This document shows, piece after piece, positions 26,361 to 32,000 of a DNA stretch of 32,000 nucleotides; the first letter of the stretch is position 1; every line of letters starts with the position of its first letter. A program made the translations under genes and the position numbers. Source of the DNA: Candidatus Heimdallarchaeota archaeon (GTDB lineage: Archaea > Asgardarchaeota > Heimdallarchaeia > Heimdallarchaeales > Kariarchaeaceae); assembly GCA_030149205.1 (NCBI GenBank), contig JASBSB010000004.1, positions 90,001 to 122,000 on the forward strand, in the 5' to 3' direction. Under the pieces are notes generated by a model. It was not told where the DNA came from. It made no database searches and was given only the letters and a program-made list of their open reading frames with translations.

Positions 26361-29300
26361 ATGCTAAAAGCAAGAGCATTAGTTATATTTTTTGGATTGA
26401 CAATGTTATTTCTGCTTCAACCTATTTCTGGTGTGCAAGCTCAAGTCATCACTCCAAAAAATTTACCCTCAACTCCTCATCATTTTACGGTTCAAAATTC
26501 ACCCGTAAACATTCAAAGTTTAAAAGCATCTGAATATTTAATTTTTCTTCCAAACCAAGAAGAATTTAATGGTATTCTTTCAATGTTTCATGTCAAACAG
26601 AGTTATTCAAACCTTAGAGCTGTAATAGTAGATTTGACAACGAATCAATACAATATGGCTAAATCTTTGTATGGATCTCATATCTATGAAACTTCAAAAG
26701 TTGGAAACTTTTATGCTCCAAAAACAGTCAAAACTAACCCGAGTGATATCGTGACAACTGGTCTTGACACATTGAAATTGATGTCAGTTGATAAATTATA
26801 TAGCCTTGGTTACAATGGGTCCGGAATTAATGTTGGTATAATTGACAATGGGGTAAATATAAACCATCCCGCATTGAAGGGTAAGATTACAACTCAAGTA
26901 CAGGTTGGTACTGGTACACTGAGTTATAACCATGGTACTCCTGTATCAGGTATGATCGTTGCGGATGGCTCAGTGGATTCAAAGGCCTATGGAACTGCTG
27001 TTAACGCTTCTATTTACTCAGTCGCTATGGTTGAAACCAGCGCTGGTTCATTTACATTACCAACCGTCTTAGCTGGAATGAATAGAATGTTAGCCTTTAA
27101 CAAAACAGTACACATTGTAAATATGTCAGTAGGTGGTGGAGGAAATGTTTTTAATGACATATTGAAAGTGTTTAACAGTGTGAACATGTTGGTTGTTGCT
27201 TCTGCTGGAAACGGGGGCCCAGGTAGTACAGAGACAAAAGGGCCTGTAGGATTCCCAGCAGGAACAATTGACGCAGTTGCAGTTGGAGCCACAGATCTAA
27301 CCAAAAAAATCGCTGGATTTAGTTCGAGAGGTCCGACTTCTTCTTCAATAATTTTAAAACCTGATGTGGTTGCCCCAGGTGAACTGGTATATAGTACTAC
27401 AAGGACTGGCTTTGGTGCAGTAAGTGGGACAAGCTTCTCATCACCAGCAACTGCAGGAGCCCTTGCAACATTAGCCAGTGCATTAAATGCAAAAGGTTAT
27501 GTTTGGAACATTGGAACCTTAAAGGCAGCGCTAATTAGGGGTGCTGAAGGTACTGACGGTGGTAATTATAACACTGGTATGGGATTTGTAAACATCTATA
27601 ACTCCTATACTTATTTGATGAACCAAAACTCAGCTTCTACAGTTGCAAGAGCTTTAGCTGTTACACCCACAAATTACAAACTGTTTAGAACCAACTATTT
27701 TAGTGAAATAACAACTCAAATACATGGATATACATTGATAACATCTCATCCGAATGAAACCAGCTTTAGTATATCTGGAAACCTTTCAAGTGTTCTGTCA
27801 GTTTCATCTTCTCAAATTAACAATTCATTATTTTCACAAGAAATACCACTTACCTTAAATTCTATAGGTGCTTCGATTGCTGCTTACTCAGGAACTTTAA
27901 AGGTAAGTTTAGGCACTCAGTCAATTTCTATCCCAATAACATTGCATATAACAGGAAAAGCAAAAGCAATCATGGGATTTGATTTAAGACATACTGATTG
28001 GGATAATATAGGTGCTGACACCTTAACTGGATCAAACACTGGGAACATGGTTAACCTGGCTTATGATAAGGGTATCTGGGTAGAAACTTTCAATACACCA
28101 ATCACAAGCTCACTTCTTTCTAAGTTTGACATTGTATGGATTCCTGATCCTGTTGATGGAACCTATGATGCTAAATTCCCTTATACTGGAGCAAACTTTC
28201 TTCCATCTGAAATCACTTCATTGGAAAATTATGTCAGCTCGGGTGGAAATTTATTAATTACATTTAATGGATACTTTCAATCTCAGGGAGTAACAACTGG
28301 AACAAATGCAACTGCAATTAATCAACTGATAGGTAAATTTGGTGTCAATACGTTTAATAATCTAACATTTGCATCAGATGTTCATGTTGGTGTAACTGCA
28401 AATAACTTTACCAGTTTAACCAAAGGTGTTGGCACTCTGTCGCAGTTTGGTAACTTTATGTCTTTGGATCCATCAGTGGCAGCAGCTAAAAATGCTGCAT
28501 TATATCCATTAACAGGAGACTATTCTAAAACACAGTATGCTGCCTTTGACCAAATAGGTGGTGGAAGAGTTATAATTAGTGACAATAACTTTTGGACAGA
28601 TAATGGAGGAAGTAGCGGTGATCCCAAATATCCATCGGGTGATAAAATTCTTGCTTCAAATGCATACGATTGGTTCTTGGCTAAGGATAAAATAATTCCA
28701 CTTAATATGAAGGTTGAGAATCGAAATATCAAACTAACAGTCGGCGCATTCTCTGGTGGTTCTCCAGTGTCGAATCTAAATGCAGTAAGACTTCATGTGG
28801 GTGCAATACCCAAGGAGACTTTACCGATGACTTCATTAGGGGCTGGCAAGTTTTCATTGGATTATAAGGCTACACTTGACGGTATTCATGTTATACAGGT
28901 TGCAAACTCAGCTGGTGAGTATGTAAGACTTAGCACGCTTCTTGATCTGCTTCCGCCTCAAATTTCAACTAACTTGAAAAATGAAACTTATGTAGATCCA
29001 GGCCTCCAGTACATAAAGTTTGAATTTAATATAACGGATTCTACCTATCAGGTTAAAGGAAATGATATTACAATAATTTTGGATGGAAACGTCCAAAACA
29101 GAACTGAAGCAACAAGGATTGTAAATGGAAAACAACTCATAATTGTAATTTCGGTTCAAAACCTAGATCCCAACAAAAAGCTTCATACGCTAAAAATAGA
29201 GGCAAAGGACATGTCGAACAATATTGGGACATTTATTCTTATATTCCAGCGTGGCATAGCTCCTTCTACAACTTCAACATCTAAGGCAGCAGGGGGATTC

Positions 29301-29396
29301 CTTCCCTTTAATTTTCTACCTTTTGTAATTACATTAATTGGGATATTTCCCTTGATACAAAAGTATCGTAAAAAACTGAAACGTTCTGAATCATAA
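26361..29396 (+). CDS. Large secreted, membrane-anchored S8 protease (prodomain, S8, Ig-like linker, GIFT/DUF4350-like domain, beta domains, C-terminal TM)
   Basis: Catalytic motifs are GIIDNG, YNHGTPVSG, SAGNGG and GTSFSSP. Also present are KPDVVAPG, MGFDLRH...FDIVWIPDP...YVSSGGNLLI, a signal peptide and a C-terminal S/T-linker-TM-basic tail. Confidence 0.92.
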   Translation: MLKARALVIFFGLTMLFLLQPISGVQAQVITPKNLPSTPHHFTVQNSPVNIQSLKASEYLIFLPNQEEFNGILSMFHVKQSYSNLRAVIVDLTTNQYNMAKSLYGSHIYETSKVGNFYAPKTVKTNPSDIVTTGLDTLKLMSVDKLYSLGYNGSGINVGIIDNGVNINHPALKGKITTQVQVGTGTLSYNHGTPVSGMIVADGSVDSKAYGTAVNASIYSVAMVETSAGSFTLPTVLAGMNRMLAFNKTVHIVNMSVGGGGNVFNDILKVFNSVNMLVVASAGNGGPGSTETKGPVGFPAGTIDAVAVGATDLTKKIAGFSSRGPTSSSIILKPDVVAPGELVYSTTRTGFGAVSGTSFSSPATAGALATLASALNAKGYVWNIGTLKAALIRGAEGTDGGNYNTGMGFVNIYNSYTYLMNQNSASTVARALAVTPTNYKLFRTNYFSEITTQIHGYTLITSHPNETSFSISGNLSSVLSVSSSQINNSLFSQEIPLTLNSIGASIAAYSGTLKVSLGTQSISIPITLHITGKAKAIMGFDLRHTDWDNIGADTLTGSNTGNMVNLAYDKGIWVETFNTPITSSLLSKFDIVWIPDPVDGTYDAKFPYTGANFLPSEITSLENYVSSGGNLLITFNGYFQSQGVTTGTNATAINQLIGKFGVNTFNNLTFASDVHVGVTANNFTSLTKGVGTLSQFGNFMSLDPSVAAAKNAALYPLTGDYSKTQYAAFDQIGGGRVIISDNNFWTDNGGSSGDPKYPSGDKILASNAYDWFLAKDKIIPLNMKVENRNIKLTVGAFSGGSPVSNLNAVRLHVGAIPKETLPMTSLGAGKFSLDYKATLDGIHVIQVANSAGEYVRLSTLLDLLPPQISTNLKNETYVDPGLQYIKFEFNITDSTYQVKGNDITIILDGNVQNRTEATRIVNGKQLIIVISVQNLDPNKKLHTLKIEAKDMSNNIGTFILIFQRGIAPSTTSTSKAAGGFLPFNFLPFVITLIGIFPLIQKYRKKLKRSES

Positions 29397-29456
29397 AAAC
29401 TACTTTACTTATTCTCAAGTCGAAAAGAATATTAGAATTACTTGTAACTTTAATTA

Positions 29457-29936
29457 ATGGAAATTCTACAGATCAACATAAAATCTAGAAAGGTTGGTGA
29501 ACCGGGTATCCCTAAGCACCCAGTAAACGAAGTTGTTGTAAGCCAATCTGGTGTATCTGGTGATTTTAATGTCTATAGATTTAATTCTAAGAAAAATACC
29601 CCTGACAGGGCTGTGTTAATTATGACTGAAGATATACTTAATCAACTTAACAAGGAAGGTTGGAAAGTTAAATCTGGAGATCTTGGTGAAAATTTTTTGA
29701 TTGATGGGGTAAGCTATTCAGAGCTAGAAGCTGGAATGAAGGTAAAGCTTGGTGGAATACAAATTGAATTGACCGAACAAGCACAACCTTGCAGGACATT
29801 AAGACATTTAAGATATATTGGGGACGAAAACATCAATGGTTTTATTAATACTCTGAAGGGAAGAAGAGGCTGGTATGCAAAAGTTATTCAAGAGGGTACG
29901 GTCAATGTACACGATCCCATTGCCTTAATGGTGTAG
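29457..29936 (+). CDS. MOSC domain protein (YiiM-like)
   Basis: DRAVLI, GDLGENF, QPCRTL (conserved Cys) and RRGWYAKVIQEG. Confidence 0.88.
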   Translation: MEILQINIKSRKVGEPGIPKHPVNEVVVSQSGVSGDFNVYRFNSKKNTPDRAVLIMTEDILNQLNKEGWKVKSGDLGENFLIDGVSYSELEAGMKVKLGGIQIELTEQAQPCRTLRHLRYIGDENINGFINTLKGRRGWYAKVIQEGTVNVHDPIALMV

Positions 29937-29937
29937 T

Positions 29938-30909
29938 TTAATGTATAAATTGAAAGATCAAGAGAAAAAATTGGACTATATGGGTAATCAACTGATTAAT
30001 ATCAAAATTTTGAATTATTGAAACGATATCAAGGTTCAGTATCCATCCTTCATTGGCCTGAAGAAAAATGATAGAGAATACGCTTAGCCAAAGATGTTTC
30101 CCATTTGAGTTGATTGAATCATAGGAGATCTGACTGGAATTTAATATATTTTCTTGGACTCTGCTCGTTAGTTGACTACCTTCTGCAATCATTGCGTCAT
30201 CCATCCATTGAAGATTTTTTAGATAATTTGAGAAGGTATTGCTTATAGAAGCTCTAGATGCCATCATCATTGGGGCCTGTATCCCCAAGAAAATGATATT
30301 TAAAGAAATTTTCTCTGTTTTTTGGAAGAAGCTTAAATCAATATTTCCAGAGCTAATCAGGTTCAATCCAGTCACAACTAAATAAAACCCAAAAGCCACG
30401 AAAGTTAAAACTTTGATCAATCTAATAAGTTCTTTTCTGGGGTACAGAAGACCATAAAAAAATGAGGCAACAGTGCCACGTTTTGGTGCAAAAGGATCGA
30501 TTGTTAAACTTAAATACCTCATATCAGCGGTCAATTTCCAAGTCAAGAATAATGCTAAGATAATTCGTGAGAGACCTGATAATACCACAGGTTCACTGCT
30601 ATGAAGACCCTGAGTCGCAGCGAGAAAAATCCCAAGATTTACACTGGTGAAAGCCACAGCACTAACTGTAATATCAAAAAGTGCAGTAATGTTATTTAGA
30701 TAAACAAAAACCAATAGAACTGCTGCGATAATCAATGAATATGTGATAATAATAATTCTTTGATTCTGTATTAAATGTGAGTAATAAATGTTTAAAACAA
30801 AGAAAATCAATGAAAGATAAAAGGTAAAATTCGCAACTTTTTTTTCGTTGATATTGAAATTCGCAGGTAAGTTCACAATATATAATATTGAATTTGAAAT
30901 ATATAACAT
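29938..30909 (-). CDS. Hypothetical multi-pass membrane protein
   Basis: 323 aa with about 7 hydrophobic helices. It converges on the MOSC gene. No family recognised. Confidence 0.65.
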   Translation of the reverse strand: MLYISNSILYIVNLPANFNINEKKVANFTFYLSLIFFVLNIYYSHLIQNQRIIIITYSLIIAAVLLVFVYLNNITALFDITVSAVAFTSVNLGIFLAATQGLHSSEPVVLSGLSRIILALFLTWKLTADMRYLSLTIDPFAPKRGTVASFFYGLLYPRKELIRLIKVLTFVAFGFYLVVTGLNLISSGNIDLSFFQKTEKISLNIIFLGIQAPMMMASRASISNTFSNYLKNLQWMDDAMIAEGSQLTSRVQENILNSSQISYDSINSNGKHLWLSVFSIIFLQANEGWILNLDIVSIIQNFDINQLITHIVQFFLLIFQFIH

Positions 30910-31041
30910 TTTTTAAATGACAGAGTTACTAGAAAGTGGTATCACCCTTTAATTATAAGAATTTATTAAATTTGTTGAACTTAAATTGTATGAATTTAGA
31001 ATAAATATAATTCTTCTAAATTATTGTTTCAAATATTTCTC

Positions 31042-31839
31042 TTACTCATCCAAGTTAACTAGAAGATTACCATTTTTGTCAAAGAAACGATTCTTATAAC
31101 GCCAAGCCGTTAAAAATCTAAATGTGGCTTTTTTCTGTGTTAGAAATTTTATATACTTATTTGAACCGCTCACTGACTTCATTCTTGGAACTAGAAAGTC
31201 AGCTATAGTACTTGGTTTTTCTGCTAATATATTAAAAATTTTTTTTGTTCTGTTATTTGATCCAGTTAGCAATAAATCAGTTAGCACCATTCCAGGACTG
31301 GCTGTGTGAACTCCAACTCCTGAATTTTTTAGTTCTAGGGTTAATCCTTTAGCAATCATTGGTATTGCTCGTTTTGTGGTCGAATACGGTAAGTATCCAC
31401 GTGTAACTCGCCCATTGCTCCCTAGTCCGTCGATATTGAATATTTTTCCAGAATTTTGGTTGATTAATATAGGTAGTACCGCTCTAGTACAATATAAGGT
31501 TCCTAGCAAATTTGTTTCAACTATTCTTCTAATGGTTTCAATATTATAGTTTGAAAAATCAACATGATCTTCCGAATCAATACCTGCATTGTTTATCCAA
31601 ATATCTATAGCTCCGAGAACCTCTTTTGAATAGGTTACCAAAGAATCAACTGCTTCATATTTAGTAACATCTGCTTGGAATGTGTAAAGTTGATTCGTAT
31701 CCCTAACTGAGTTTTTTGCTTTTGATAGGTTTTCAAGACTCCTTGAAGAAATAACAACAGAATCCCCTAATGAAATAAATTTTTTTGCGAGTGCTAATCC
31801 TACCCCTTTTGACCCACCAGTTATAACCACATTGACCAT
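31042..31839 (-). CDS. Short-chain dehydrogenase/reductase, NOL/NYC1 (chlorophyll b reductase)-like subgroup
   Basis: TGGSKGVG, INNAG, YSTTK (YxxxK), plus IFNIDGLGSNG, SPGMVLTDLL and NILAEKP. The ATG is at 31839, with an alternative TTG at 31890. Confidence 0.85.
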   Translation of the reverse strand: MVNVVITGGSKGVGLALAKKFISLGDSVVISSRSLENLSKAKNSVRDTNQLYTFQADVTKYEAVDSLVTYSKEVLGAIDIWINNAGIDSEDHVDFSNYNIETIRRIVETNLLGTLYCTRAVLPILINQNSGKIFNIDGLGSNGRVTRGYLPYSTTKRAIPMIAKGLTLELKNSGVGVHTASPGMVLTDLLLTGSNNRTKKIFNILAEKPSTIADFLVPRMKSVSGSNKYIKFLTQKKATFRFLTAWRYKNRFFDKNGNLLVNLDE

Positions 31840-31886
31840 AATTAGAGGAAATAGAACACCCTTGATAAAGTGCAAGAAATCAGAAA

Positions 31887-32000
31887 TCAAATATTGTAGG
31901 TTTTTTTATTCATAACTTGTTTAATTGTCAATAATCCCGATTCTAAGTTAAAAATAATGGTTCTCCCAAAATTTTCCCCTACATCTTTAGCCACAACTGG
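31887..32000 (-). CDS. cheD: 3' end of chemoreceptor glutamine deamidase CheD (partial, not in the ORF track)
   Basis: The reverse strand from 32000 reads PVVAKDVGENFGRTIIFNLESGLLTIKQVMNKKTYNI*. This matches the CheD C-terminal [ED]DxGGxxGRTIxF...G pattern. Confidence 0.8.
   Translation of the reverse strand, partial: PVVAKDVGENFGRTIIFNLESGLLTIKQVMNKKTYNI

Noticed and set aside
209-31309. The many 60-130 aa ORFs in the track lying antisense to, or out of frame within, long genes (e.g. 209-391, 3017-3262, 4871-5080, 9510-9842, 11098-11367, 16211-16594, 24582-24980, 27014-27304)
   Set aside because: They are shadow ORFs of well-supported genes and have no motifs or start signals of their own.

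Overview
This 32 kb window is AT-rich and gene-dense. It most likely comes from an archaeon, and the gene content suggests Asgard/Heimdallarchaeia. This is inference from TATA-like boxes 16-30 nt before starts, GGTGA-type Shine-Dalgarno sites, an oligo-T terminator, a long stand-alone LRR protein and site-1-protease-like subtilases. It has three parts. (1) 1-3.4 kb: ordinary genes (partial EEP hydrolase, Zn-finger hypothetical, EamA/DMT transporter, DinB-family protein). (2) About 3.5-12.8 kb: an accessory island of unrecognisable membrane proteins. It is built as tandem, tightly coupled gene pairs. The first gene carries a shared N-terminal module (YVYxCxHQ...AGEFI) fused to a divergent hydrophobic C-terminus. 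The second is a small, unrelated multi-pass membrane gene. The island also has a duplicated 126-bp upstream element, abrupt GC switches inside genes and decayed cassettes. This fits a polymorphic membrane toxin/immunity cassette array and is the best candidate for an undescribed system. (3) 12.8-32 kb: two S8 proteases with eukaryotic site-1-protease-like architecture, an MFS transporter, a HAD hydrolase, an LRR protein, a troABCDR-type metal ABC operon with a candidate operator, a membrane-anchored tandem double-psi-barrel protein, CopB, a MOSC protein, an NOL-like SDR, and the 3' end of cheD, which the ORF track missed. I recognised no rRNA, tRNA, CRISPR array, integrase or transposase. All family assignments are by eye or from remembered motifs. 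No searches were run.
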